Shown here: in pieces, positions 9,457 through 18,518 of the stretch | How positions within the stretch are numbered: position 1 is the first letter of the stretch | Layout of the letters: every line of letters starts with the position of its first letter | NCBI GenBank assembly: GCA_002476605.1 | Contig: DLLD01000005.1 | Span: forward strand, 702-64,701 | Length of the DNA: 64,000 nt | Direction of reading: 5' to 3' | From: Christensenella sp. UBA7571 | GTDB lineage: Bacteria; Bacillota; Clostridia; Christensenellales; CAG-917 | Made by a program: the position numbers and the translations under genes | Notes under the pieces: model-generated | What the model was told of the DNA's origin: nothing | What the model saw: only the letters and a program-made list of their open reading frames with translations | Database searches by the model: none

Positions 9457-9579
9457 ACACGATAAGTGTATCTAAAATCAAAAATACATATCGTGTGATA
9501 GCGTGTTGAAAATAAGGTAAAAATAAGGCGTTTTAAGCGGTTTTTCGCTCAAAACGCCAGTTTAGAAACACGATAAGTG
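9457..9579. promoter_or_regulatory. repeated near-palindromic 13-mer ACACGATAAGTGT (candidate operator sites)
   Basis: Identical AACACGATAAGTGT at 9456-9469 and 9566-9579, with a partial inverted version ATATCGTGTG at 9487-9496. Confidence 0.3.
9519..9557 (-). terminator. terminator of dinB
   Basis: GGCGTTTT (9526-9533) pairs with AAAACGCC (9550-9557). On the minus strand TTATTTTT follows. Confidence 0.6.
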
Positions 9580-9596
9580 TTATTTTGTAAAAATCG

Positions 9597-10892
9597 TCAA
9601 GTTGTTTTCGATTGATGGAACGGACGGAAATCGTCTTCTTCGTGAAGGTTGCCCGTAAGGTCGTTGCCCACGAGTAAACCGCGCTGTACGGCTTTATATC
9701 CGTACTTTCCGCGTATCTTGTCAAGGCTCTCTTCGAGTTTGTCGTTTTTGCTCTCGACGTCGTCGAAAAGTGACAGTTGCATTTGACTTTTGTCGTTGAG
9801 ACGTATTGCCGATACTGTGATTGCTCGAAGAGGCGTGCCGAAAGTGTGCATTTGTTTCAAGAGTTCGATTGCGCTTTGTGCGATTGCGCTCGAAGTGGCA
9901 CTTGCGGGATTGAGCGGAACTTGCTTGCTCGTCCATTGAAGGTCGGGATTTTTGATTGACAGTCCCACACCGTTTGCTACGAGATTGTATTGACGAAGAC
10001 GCGTTGCCACCATTTCCGACAACGCGTAGACGACGATTTTTGCTTCGTCGAGATTTTTTATATCGCGTGGCGTGGTAGTGCCGTTGGATACGCTCTTGGG
10101 TATGCGCACGTCGTAGTAGCGTTTGACCTCGTCCGTTTCTATGCCCGCGGCGGCGTTTATCATATTGTCCGCAATCACGCCGAATTTGTAGCGGAGCGTG
10201 TCTCTGTCCGCGTTCGCAAGTTGACGTATGGTGCGGATATTCATTTTATCAAGCTTTTCGGAGGTATGTCTGCCTATCATAATAAGCTCGGACGGGGACA
10301 TATCCCCTATGATTGACATATAGTGCTCTTGGTCGAGCACGGTGGTGGCGTCGGGCTTTTTGAGGTCGCTGCCGAGTTTTGCAAGCGTTTTGGTGAACGA
10401 TACGCCCACGGATATGGTGAGCCCCGTCTTTTCCTTGACTTTTTGGCGCAACTCGTTTGCGATTTGCTCGCCCGTGCCGAAAAGTCTCTCGCAACCCGTA
10501 ACGTCAAGCCAGCACTCGTCTATGCCGAAACTTTCCACTCTGTCCGTATACGTGGTGTAAATTTCAAAGACTTGTTTGGAATATTTGACGTATTCGTCAA
10601 AATGCGGGGGAACGAAGACGATATCGGGGCATTTTTGCTTTGCCGACCACAACGTTTCGCCCGTTTGAACGCCCGCTTTTTTGGCAAGTTGATTTTTTGC
10701 AAGCACGATGCCGTGTCTTGCTTCGGGATTTCCGCAAACGGCAAGAGGCATCCCGTCGTATTCGGGATGCAGTTTTTGTTCCACCGAAGCGTAGAAGTTG
10801 TTTAAGTCGCAATGTAAAATTGTTCTGCCCACGATTTGATTATACACAATTTTGTCTTGCAAAACAAGCGGTTCTAGTTTATAATAAGTCAT
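9597..10892 (-). CDS. dinB: DNA polymerase IV (Y-family)
   Basis: ILHCDLNNFYASVEQ... and the full Y-family layout are present. The exact start is uncertain: there is no RBS before ATG 10892, and a leaderless GTG further in is possible. Confidence 0.85.
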   Translation of the reverse strand: MTYYKLEPLVLQDKIVYNQIVGRTILHCDLNNFYASVEQKLHPEYDGMPLAVCGNPEARHGIVLAKNQLAKKAGVQTGETLWSAKQKCPDIVFVPPHFDEYVKYSKQVFEIYTTYTDRVESFGIDECWLDVTGCERLFGTGEQIANELRQKVKEKTGLTISVGVSFTKTLAKLGSDLKKPDATTVLDQEHYMSIIGDMSPSELIMIGRHTSEKLDKMNIRTIRQLANADRDTLRYKFGVIADNMINAAAGIETDEVKRYYDVRIPKSVSNGTTTPRDIKNLDEAKIVVYALSEMVATRLRQYNLVANGVGLSIKNPDLQWTSKQVPLNPASATSSAIAQSAIELLKQMHTFGTPLRAITVSAIRLNDKSQMQLSLFDDVESKNDKLEESLDKIRGKYGYKAVQRGLLVGNDLTGNLHEEDDFRPFHQSKTT

Positions 10893-10935
10893 AGATTAAA
10901 ATTTTTGCGCGCATAGTGCGTGCGAGGAGTGTTAT

Positions 10936-11922
10936 ATGATTTTGGTTACGGGCGGAGCGGGCTATATCGGCTCGCATTGCGTAAGAGAACTCAAAGAGCG
11001 CAATATGGACGTCGTGGTATACGACAATCTTTCTACGGGACATATCGAATCCGTGCCCCAAGGCGTGCCTTTCGTCAAGGGCGACATCTTTGATGTCGAG
11101 TTGTTGAAATCCACTTTTGAAAAATATCACGTGGATTCCGTTATTCACTTTGCGGCGTTCTCGCTGGTCGGTGAGAGTATGTCCAATCCCGCCAAGTATT
11201 ATCACAACAACGTGGCGGGCACGCTTGCACTTTTGGACGCTATGATTGCTCGCGACGTAAAATACCTCGTGTTTTCGTCTTCGGCGGCAACGTACGGAGA
11301 TTGCGGTGACGGTCTCATCACGGAAGAGAGCCCGCAACACCCGACGAGCGTTTACGGTCAAACCAAGCTTATGATGGAGCAATTTATGCAAGACTACGAC
11401 AAGGCGTACGGTCTCAAATACGTGGCGTTGCGTTATTTCAACGCGGCGGGCGCGCACAAGAGCGGTGAGATAGGCGAGGCGCACAATCCCGAGTCGCACC
11501 TTATCCCGATAATCTTGCAAGTTGCCAACCACACTCGCGATTATATCGGCATTTTCGGTGAAGATTATCCCACGCCTGACGGAACTTGCGTGAGAGACTA
11601 TATCCACATCACCGACCTTGCGGACGCACATATCCGCGCGCTCGATTATCTCAAACACGGCGGAAAATCCACCTATTACAACCTCGGCAACGGCAACGGT
11701 TTTTCCGTGAAAGAAGTCATCGATATGACGGAAAAAGTGACGGGAATAACCATTCCGCGCAAGATCGAAGGACGTCGTCCCGGTGATCCCGCAACGCTCG
11801 TCGCTTCGAGCGAGAAGATCAAACGCGAACTCGGTTGGAAGCCTCAATACGACAGCCTCGAAAGCATTATTTCGTCGGCGTGGAAGTGGCATTCGACGCA
11901 TCCGCACGGATACCAAAAGTGA
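10936..11922 (+). CDS. galE: UDP-glucose 4-epimerase
   Basis: MILVTGGAGYIGSH..., YGQTK catalytic motif, GAGGAG RBS. Confidence 0.92.
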   Translation: MILVTGGAGYIGSHCVRELKERNMDVVVYDNLSTGHIESVPQGVPFVKGDIFDVELLKSTFEKYHVDSVIHFAAFSLVGESMSNPAKYYHNNVAGTLALLDAMIARDVKYLVFSSSAATYGDCGDGLITEESPQHPTSVYGQTKLMMEQFMQDYDKAYGLKYVALRYFNAAGAHKSGEIGEAHNPESHLIPIILQVANHTRDYIGIFGEDYPTPDGTCVRDYIHITDLADAHIRALDYLKHGGKSTYYNLGNGNGFSVKEVIDMTEKVTGITIPRKIEGRRPGDPATLVASSEKIKRELGWKPQYDSLESIISSAWKWHSTHPHGYQK

Positions 11923-12002
11923 GCTCTGATCGTATTATCGCAAAGTATATGTGACGATTTCGTCGCATAAGGTGGTAAAAACGAAACGATGGGGGACTAT
12001 TT

Positions 12003-12866
12003 ATGAAAGTTAGAAAAGCCGTTATACCTTGCGCCGGTTTCGGGACGAGATTTTTGCCCGTCACCAAAGTGCTTGCCAAAGAACTTTTGCCCATAGTGGA
12101 TACGCCCGCTTTGACGTATATCGTCGACGAGGCGGTGAAGAGCGGTATAGAAGAGATTATGATCGTCATATCCCCTCAAAAAGAGGATATAAGACGCCTT
12201 TTCGAGCCAAATCAACCGCTCAACGCAAGACTGAAAGAGGTGGGAGACGAGTATTCCTATTCGCTTGCCAACAAAGAGGTGGGCGCGAAGGTTAGTTTCG
12301 TGGTGCAAGAGAAGATGGACGGCAACGCCAACGCCATATATCTTTGCAAAGAATTTGCAAACGGAGAGCCTTTTGCGGTGCTTTTCGGTGACGACGTTAT
12401 GTACACGGCGGAGGGCGTTTTGCCGGTCACCAAGCAACTTATCGACGCGTACGAAAAGACGGGCGGAGCAATCGTGGGGTGCCAACACACGAGCGAGGAA
12501 GTTGCGCGTCGTTGCGGAGTTATGATTGCCGAGGAGCAAGTAGACGAGAGAATAACCAAGATAAGCGGAATTATCGAAAAACCGACGGGTGAAATGCCCG
12601 GTAATCTCGTATCTCTCGGACGTTTCGTGCTTCCGAGCGATATATTCGACGTAATAGAGCGCACACCGAAGACCAACGGTGAGGCGTACCTTACGGACGC
12701 AATAAGTATCCTTGCCAAGGAAAAGAGCGCGTACTCTTGCATTTTTGACGCAAGACGCTACGATATCGGCAACAAGGAAGGATATTTGGAAGCGACGATT
12801 GAATTTGCGCTCCGTGACGAGAAACTCAAAAACAACTTCAAAAAGTATATAGAAACTATCAAATAA
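12003..12866 (+). CDS. galU: UTP--glucose-1-phosphate uridylyltransferase
   Basis: KAVIPCAGFGTRFLPVTKVLAKELLPIVD signature. Confidence 0.88.
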   Translation: MKVRKAVIPCAGFGTRFLPVTKVLAKELLPIVDTPALTYIVDEAVKSGIEEIMIVISPQKEDIRRLFEPNQPLNARLKEVGDEYSYSLANKEVGAKVSFVVQEKMDGNANAIYLCKEFANGEPFAVLFGDDVMYTAEGVLPVTKQLIDAYEKTGGAIVGCQHTSEEVARRCGVMIAEEQVDERITKISGIIEKPTGEMPGNLVSLGRFVLPSDIFDVIERTPKTNGEAYLTDAISILAKEKSAYSCIFDARRYDIGNKEGYLEATIEFALRDEKLKNNFKKYIETIK

Positions 12867-12941
12867 AACTTCAAAATCGAGCGTCGAGACGGTGTTTTTT
12901 TGATTGAATTTACAGAGTTAGATGTTCGATTTGGTGCGGAT

Positions 12942-14390
12942 ATGCAAAGGACGTGCGATATATGCGGTGAAAGCGAGGCAACTCTTTTCGACCGCGTGAT
13001 TGAGAATAACAAAAGCGTTGAATACGCCTATTGCGAGGCGTGCTATACGCGCGCACTCAAAGCCGGCAAAAATCCGCACGAAGAGGCGCAAAAGAGGCTT
13101 GCGAGACGTGGCAAAGAGTGCAAATTTTGCGGTTGCGAGGTCGAAGAATTTCAAAAGACTTTTTTATTCGGTTGCGCGCACTGCTACGAGCAAATGCGCG
13201 GTATTGCCGTCGATAGCGCACTCAAAGCACAACATATATCTCAAAGCGATTTGCACGGCGCTATCCCTCTCGTTCACGTACATAGTACGTGCGATTTGGA
13301 CGGCTCGCTGTTTGAAAGCAAAAAGGGTGATTGCGACGGTACGCAATATCTCAAAAGCGCAAACGAGTGCAGTATAGGTGAACTTCTCCAAAACAACGTA
13401 ATTTCGTCGAGAATACGCCTTGCAAGAAATATAAAAGGGCTTGAATTTCCATCTCATATCAAAGTTACCGACCAACGTTGCGTGGACCTCATGAATTCGG
13501 CGTATTTTGCGTCGCAAGGCATATTCAACGCAAGGCTTTTGCCTATGTCGAGGCTCACAAAAGAGCAGAAAAAAGCACTTATCGAAAGACATATCATATC
13601 GATCAATCTTGCCAACAACGACAAAAACGGCGCGGTCATAGTGGAAGGGGACAAGAAGTACGGCGGAATTTCCATTATGGTCAACGAAGAAGACCATATA
13701 CGAGAGCAATGCGTGGTGGACGGATTTAACCTTGCGGGCGCGTTTGAAAGATTGCACCGCTACGACGTCAATCTCATAAAGAGCGTGCCTATTGCCTACG
13801 ACGAACAGTTGGGCTTTTTGACGGCGTGTCCCACCAATCTCGGCACGGGTATGCGCGCTTCGGTAATGCTGTTTTTGCCCGCGCTCAAAAGGGCGGGTGC
13901 AATCGAGGACGCACTCAAAACCTTCAAGACGGAATTCGGCTTGACCATAAGAGGCGTTTTCGGCGAGGGAAGCGAGGCGGCGTACGATATGTATCAAGTG
14001 TCCAATTCGCGTACGCTCGGAGTCAGCGAAGAGAGTATAATCGGGCAAGTGGAACAAGCGGCCGTAAGAATGTGTTATTGCGAAAGAGTCGCGCTCGAAA
14101 GGCTTGTGAGAGACAAGCAAACGGAACTTTTGGACGGAATATCCAGAAGTTATGCCGTGCTTAAAAGCGCGTACGCTCTCACTTCAAAGGAACTTATGAA
14201 ACTACTTGTCGACGTAAAACTCGGCGTAATACTGGGCATTTTGCCCATAAAAAACACACGAAAACTCGACGAAACGATATGGTCTTGCACCTCGTCGTCG
14301 TTGAGTATTATTACTGGCGGAAATTCCGACGAAGAGCGCGATAAAATGCGCGCGCAAATCGTGAGGAAGATTCTCGCGGAGGACAAATGA
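12942..14390 (+). CDS. mcsB: fused McsA-like zinc-finger region + protein arginine kinase McsB
   Basis: The N-terminal ~110 aa carry four CxxC pairs (CDIC..CEAC, CKFC..CAHC). The rest is an ATP:guanido phosphotransferase (RLARNIKGLEFP, EEDHIR, CPTNLGTGMRAS). Alternative start is TTG 12900. The gene overlaps clpC by 4 nt. Confidence 0.8.
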   Translation: MQRTCDICGESEATLFDRVIENNKSVEYAYCEACYTRALKAGKNPHEEAQKRLARRGKECKFCGCEVEEFQKTFLFGCAHCYEQMRGIAVDSALKAQHISQSDLHGAIPLVHVHSTCDLDGSLFESKKGDCDGTQYLKSANECSIGELLQNNVISSRIRLARNIKGLEFPSHIKVTDQRCVDLMNSAYFASQGIFNARLLPMSRLTKEQKKALIERHIISINLANNDKNGAVIVEGDKKYGGISIMVNEEDHIREQCVVDGFNLAGAFERLHRYDVNLIKSVPIAYDEQLGFLTACPTNLGTGMRASVMLFLPALKRAGAIEDALKTFKTEFGLTIRGVFGEGSEAAYDMYQVSNSRTLGVSEESIIGQVEQAAVRMCYCERVALERLVRDKQTELLDGISRSYAVLKSAYALTSKELMKLLVDVKLGVILGILPIKNTRKLDETIWSCTSSSLSIITGGNSDEERDKMRAQIVRKILAEDK

Positions 14391-16888
14391 TAAACTATTC
14401 GGATAACGCCCGCGCCGTACTGAATACGGCGGGTGAACTTGCCGTTCGCACAGGCGGACTTATTTGCACCGAACATTTGTTGTACGGTCTTTTGAGCGTT
14501 GACGGAAGCGCAAAACGCATACTCAATCAATATGGATTGTACGAAGACGACGTTTTGAAGATATTCTCGCCTATGCCCCTTCGCCCGCGCGTGGAAATGT
14601 CGGCAAGAGCGGGCAGAGCGGTGCAAAACGCAAGAGACGTCGCAACGAGACTCGGCTCGTCGTGCGTGGGTACGGAGCATATTTTGTACACCGTGCTTGA
14701 CGAAACGTCGTCGGTGGCGGCGGAAGTGCTTCGCGACAGCGGTATAGACACGGAGAGCTTGCAAAGATTGGTGTACAACGCCATAATTGCAAACGGCGGC
14801 GGTCGTCCCACGATGTGCGTTGCAAACGGCGCGCAAGATAAAGTAAACGATATTTTGAGCGGTTACGTTTCGCAATACTACGGTGACGACGAGGCGGAAA
14901 AGCACGTCGCAGTCGAGCCTCAAAAGGAAGAAAAAGACGATTTCGACTTGTCCAAATACGGCACGGATTTGACGAAAAAGGCAAGGGACGGCAATCTCGA
15001 TCCCGTCATCGGCAGAGGCAAGGAAACGGAAAGAGTTATCCAAGTGCTTTGCCGTAGAACCAAGAACAATCCCGTGCTTATCGGTGAACCGGGCGTTGGC
15101 AAAAGTGCTGTCGTGGACGGACTTGCGCAAGCAATCGTATCGGGAGACGTGCCCGACGCGTTGCGCGGAAAGACTGTGTTTTCGCTCGATTTGACGTCGT
15201 TGGTTGCGGGCACGAGATATAGAGGAGACTTTGAAGAAAGATTGAAAGAAACCCTCAACGGTATAAAACGCAGAGGGGATATTTTGCTTTTTATAGACGA
15301 AATTCACACCATTTTGAAAGCGGGCGCAAGCGAGGGCGGATTGGATATCGCAAATATTCTCAAACCAATGCTTGCGAGGGGCGAATTGCAGACGATAGGC
15401 GCAACCACGCTTGAAGAATATCGCAAGCAATTTGAACAAGACAGTGCGTTAGAACGCCGTTTTCAACCCGTTTTGGTGGAAGAACCGAGCGTGAGCGACA
15501 CGATAGAAATTTTGCAGGGGTTGAAGCCCAAATACGAGGCGCACCACGGCGTCGTTATCACGGACGAAGCAATATCGTCGGCTGCGATTTTGTCGGATAG
15601 ATACGTTGCGGACAGATTTTTGCCGGACAAGGCTATCGATCTTATCGACGAGGCGGCATCGAGAAAGAAAATTTTCAATTTTACCACACCGCAAGAAATA
15701 CGCGATTTGGAGGGGAAAATCAAGCAAGCCGACCTCGATTTGAGTGAGGCAAAGCGCAGAGACAACTTCGAGCTTTGCGCCAAATATAAGGCACTTCGCG
15801 ACGATTATATAGAAAAGCGCGAAAAAGCCGAGATCGAATGGAAGGAAAAATGCGCCTCTATGACGTTGTCCATAGGTGAGGACGAGATTGCCGAAGTCGT
15901 GGGCAATTGGACGGGTATTCCCGTGAGCAAAATCACGCAAGGGGAGAGCGAAAAACTGGTAAATCTCGAAAAAGTTTTGCAATCGAGAGTCATCGGTCAA
16001 GACGAAGCGTGCTTGGCGGTGGCAAGGGCAATCAAGCGTGCGAGAGCGGGACTTAAAGACCCCAAACGCCCAATCGGTTCATTTATATTCCTCGGCCCGA
16101 CGGGCGTTGGTAAAACGGAACTTGCAAAGGCACTTGCGGGTGCGCTTTTCGGTGACGAAGACTTGCTTATCCGCGTGGATATGAGCGAGTATATGGAAAA
16201 GGACAGCGTGTCTCGACTTATAGGCTCTGCCCCCGGTTTGGTAGGGTTTGAAGAGGGCGGACAACTCACGGAAAAAGTGCGTAGAAAGCCCTATTCAGTG
16301 GTGCTTTTCGACGAAATCGAGAAGGGACACCCCGATATTTTCAACATATTGCTTCAAATTCTCGAAGACGGTATACTCACGGACAGCCACGGTCGCACGG
16401 TGAGCTTCAAAAACACGGTGGTTATCCTCACGTCCAATATCGGTGCGAAAGAGGCGTCAGAGCCTCGTCACACCCTCGGTTTTGCAAGCGCGCAAGCCAC
16501 GGAAAACGAGACGGAGCGAAATAGAGAAAGACATATCCAAGCCCTCAAAGGCGCAATGAAACCCGAGATTATCAACCGTATAGACGAAATCGTCGTGTTC
16601 AAGAAATTGGACAAGGAAAACATCGTTAGAATCGCGAATTTGATGTTCTCGTCGCTTGCAAAACGCCTTGAAGAAAGAGGCGTAAGCGTAGAGATTACGG
16701 ACAAAGCAAAGGATTATATTGCAAACGTTGGTTACGACGCAGAGTACGGCGCAAGACCGCTTCGTCGCACCATACAACGCCTCGTCGAGGACAAGCTCAG
16801 CGAAAACCTTATACGCGGTGAAATAGGCGCAAACGACAAAGTGAAAATCGATTGCGACGGCGATACGCTCACTTTTGCTAAACTGTAA
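14387..16888 (+). CDS. clpC: ATP-dependent Clp protease ATP-binding subunit ClpC
   Basis: Clp N repeats and two AAA+ modules (GEPGVGKS, GPTGVGKT). Confidence 0.93.
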   Translation: MINYSDNARAVLNTAGELAVRTGGLICTEHLLYGLLSVDGSAKRILNQYGLYEDDVLKIFSPMPLRPRVEMSARAGRAVQNARDVATRLGSSCVGTEHILYTVLDETSSVAAEVLRDSGIDTESLQRLVYNAIIANGGGRPTMCVANGAQDKVNDILSGYVSQYYGDDEAEKHVAVEPQKEEKDDFDLSKYGTDLTKKARDGNLDPVIGRGKETERVIQVLCRRTKNNPVLIGEPGVGKSAVVDGLAQAIVSGDVPDALRGKTVFSLDLTSLVAGTRYRGDFEERLKETLNGIKRRGDILLFIDEIHTILKAGASEGGLDIANILKPMLARGELQTIGATTLEEYRKQFEQDSALERRFQPVLVEEPSVSDTIEILQGLKPKYEAHHGVVITDEAISSAAILSDRYVADRFLPDKAIDLIDEAASRKKIFNFTTPQEIRDLEGKIKQADLDLSEAKRRDNFELCAKYKALRDDYIEKREKAEIEWKEKCASMTLSIGEDEIAEVVGNWTGIPVSKITQGESEKLVNLEKVLQSRVIGQDEACLAVARAIKRARAGLKDPKRPIGSFIFLGPTGVGKTELAKALAGALFGDEDLLIRVDMSEYMEKDSVSRLIGSAPGLVGFEEGGQLTEKVRRKPYSVVLFDEIEKGHPDIFNILLQILEDGILTDSHGRTVSFKNTVVILTSNIGAKEASEPRHTLGFASAQATENETERNRERHIQALKGAMKPEIINRIDEIVVFKKLDKENIVRIANLMFSSLAKRLEERGVSVEITDKAKDYIANVGYDAEYGARPLRRTIQRLVEDKLSENLIRGEIGANDKVKIDCDGDTLTFAKL

Positions 16889-17030
16889 AAACGGGTGCAA
16901 AATTAACTCAAAAAGTGCAAAAAAATGCGCAAAAATTATGTTAATTTCGGGGCTGAATTATGTCATTTTTGCAAACCAAAATATCATAAAAGAGTGCAAA
17001 ATATCATAATCCCGACATTTTATGTTTAAG

Positions 17031-17215
17031 GAGTGATATTGCGGCGTTGCCGCAGTGATATTCTCGCAAAGCGAGAGTGATATTTTTGGCTGTGCCAAAA
17101 GTGATATTCGCACGGTGTGCGAGTTGAGGAATATTCGATATGCGCCTTCGGCTGGATTGCCACGTCGCAACGTTCGTTACTCCTCGCAATGACAAAAGGA
17201 GAATTGGAAGATTTG
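17031..17215 (+). repeat. composite repeat A: four AGTGATATT/hairpin units + GGAATATTC cap + X hairpin module
   Basis: 9-mers start at 17032, 17054, 17076 and 17100. Hairpins are GCGGC-GTT-GCCGC, CTCGC-AAA-GCGAG, TTTGGC-TGT-GCCAAA and CGCAC-GGT-GTGCG. X module is at 17155-17193. Confidence 0.9.
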
Positions 17216-17266
17216 CGGACGTGAGAAAAATTGGGGATAAAATCAAAGCAAAAATGCGTTTTGCTA

Positions 17267-17295
17267 TTGAATAATAAAAATATATTTGCTATAAT
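17267..17295 (+). promoter_or_regulatory. sigmaA promoter (extended -10) for hpf
   Basis: TTGAAT (17267-17272), 17 nt spacer, TGC-TATAAT (17290-17295). Confidence 0.6.
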
Positions 17296-17327
17296 GCATA
17301 TATAAAGAACTTTTAGGAGGTTACTTT

Positions 17328-17660
17328 ATGAGAATCGAAATTTTTGGCAAGAACTACAACCCAAGTGATTCACTCAAGGCAATCACCGAGAAAAAGTGCG
17401 CAAAGCTCGAAAGACGTTTTGCAGACGAGGACACGGAAGTCAAGTTTACCGTAACTTACGAGAACGGTGACTACACCACTGATATGGTGGTTACCGACAA
17501 AGGCTTGACTTATCGCGCACAAGCAGTGTCCGGCTCTCCGTTCGACAACGTGGACGAGGTTATCCCCAGACTCCTCGGACAAATGAGAAAGCAAAAGGAC
17601 ATTTGGGACAAAGACAAGAAAGGCACGCCCAACGTTTACGACGAAAGCGAAGAAGTGTAA
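17328..17660 (+). CDS. hpf: ribosome hibernation/ribosome-associated inhibitor, short form
   Basis: MRIEIFGKNYNPSDSLKAITEKKCAKLERRF... is the sigma54-modulation/RaiA fold. At 110 aa it lacks the long-HPF C-terminal domain. Confidence 0.82.
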   Translation: MRIEIFGKNYNPSDSLKAITEKKCAKLERRFADEDTEVKFTVTYENGDYTTDMVVTDKGLTYRAQAVSGSPFDNVDEVIPRLLGQMRKQKDIWDKDKKGTPNVYDESEEV

Positions 17661-17733
17661 TAAAGTTACGCCCGCATTTTGCGGGTGAAGAATAAAAGGA
17701 CGTACCCTTGTTTATAGAGGGCGAAAAGAGTAA

Positions 17734-18513
17734 ATGAAAGTCGGAATATCGACAGCAACGTTTTTTACAAAGGAATTGACCGAGAACTCGTTCTCGGTCA
17801 TTCAACGCTGTGGAGGGGACACCGCCGAGGTGTTCCTTACCACTTTTTGTGAGTACGAAAGCGATTTCGGACGCCTTTTGGCAGAGAGAAAGGGCAGTCT
17901 CGATATCTATTCGGTGCACTCGCTCAACACCGAGTTTGAACCGCAACTTTTCAATATCGCACCGCGCACTTACGAGGACGCGGAAAAGATATTCCGCAAA
18001 GTGCTTACCGTCGGCAACACGATAGGCGCAAAGGCGTACACCTTCCACGGACAACCGAGGCTCAAACGCAATCAGTATTTCGACCCCGTTTTCGTTGGAA
18101 AACGTATGGCAAAACTCGGTGATATCGCAAGCGAATACGGCATAAAACTATGCCTTGAAAACGTGCATTGGGCGACTTTCAACACGCCCGATTTTTATGA
18201 AAAAATGCGCTCGTACGCTCCAAACGTCGGCACTGTGCTCGACGTAAAGCAAGCAAGACAATCGGGCTACGATTGGCGCGAATATCTTGCGGTTATGGGG
18301 AATAGCCTCAAAAACGTGCATTTGAGCGACGTCAAAGACGGTGAGATTACGATGGTGGGAAAAGGTGAATTTCCGTTTGACGAGCTTATCGCAAGGCTCA
18401 AAGACGGTGGATACGACGGACCGCTCATCATCGAACAATACGCAAAAAATTACGACTCTTACGACGAAGTGGCGGAGTCGGTGAAATATTTGAAAAATCT
18501 TTTGGAGGCATAA
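17734..18513 (+). CDS. sugar phosphate isomerase/epimerase (xylose isomerase-like TIM barrel)
   Basis: General family resemblance (CLENVHW, HLSDV motifs). Confidence 0.7.
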   Translation: MKVGISTATFFTKELTENSFSVIQRCGGDTAEVFLTTFCEYESDFGRLLAERKGSLDIYSVHSLNTEFEPQLFNIAPRTYEDAEKIFRKVLTVGNTIGAKAYTFHGQPRLKRNQYFDPVFVGKRMAKLGDIASEYGIKLCLENVHWATFNTPDFYEKMRSYAPNVGTVLDVKQARQSGYDWREYLAVMGNSLKNVHLSDVKDGEITMVGKGEFPFDELIARLKDGGYDGPLIIEQYAKNYDSYDEVAESVKYLKNLLEA

Positions 18514-18518
18514 GTATT

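Noticed and set aside
10879-11916. Long antisense ORFs opposite well-identified genes. Examples: 10879..11916 opposite galE, 14150..15439 opposite clpC, 18459..19676 opposite pgi, 27937..28908 opposite secD, 37713..39002 opposite pnp, 40161..41195 opposite the deacetylase gene, 44336..46546 opposite ftsK.
   Set aside because: The sense-strand products carry unmistakable family motifs. The antisense translations are Arg/His/Val-rich low-complexity strings without RBS or family resemblance, typical shadow ORFs of this codon usage.
17031-17121. CRISPR-like reading of the 9-mer/hairpin arrays.
   Set aside because: The repeat is only 9 nt and the 'spacers' are 11-16 nt and all self-complementary. 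There are at most 4-5 units per array, arrays occur in both orientations, and no cas genes are present.
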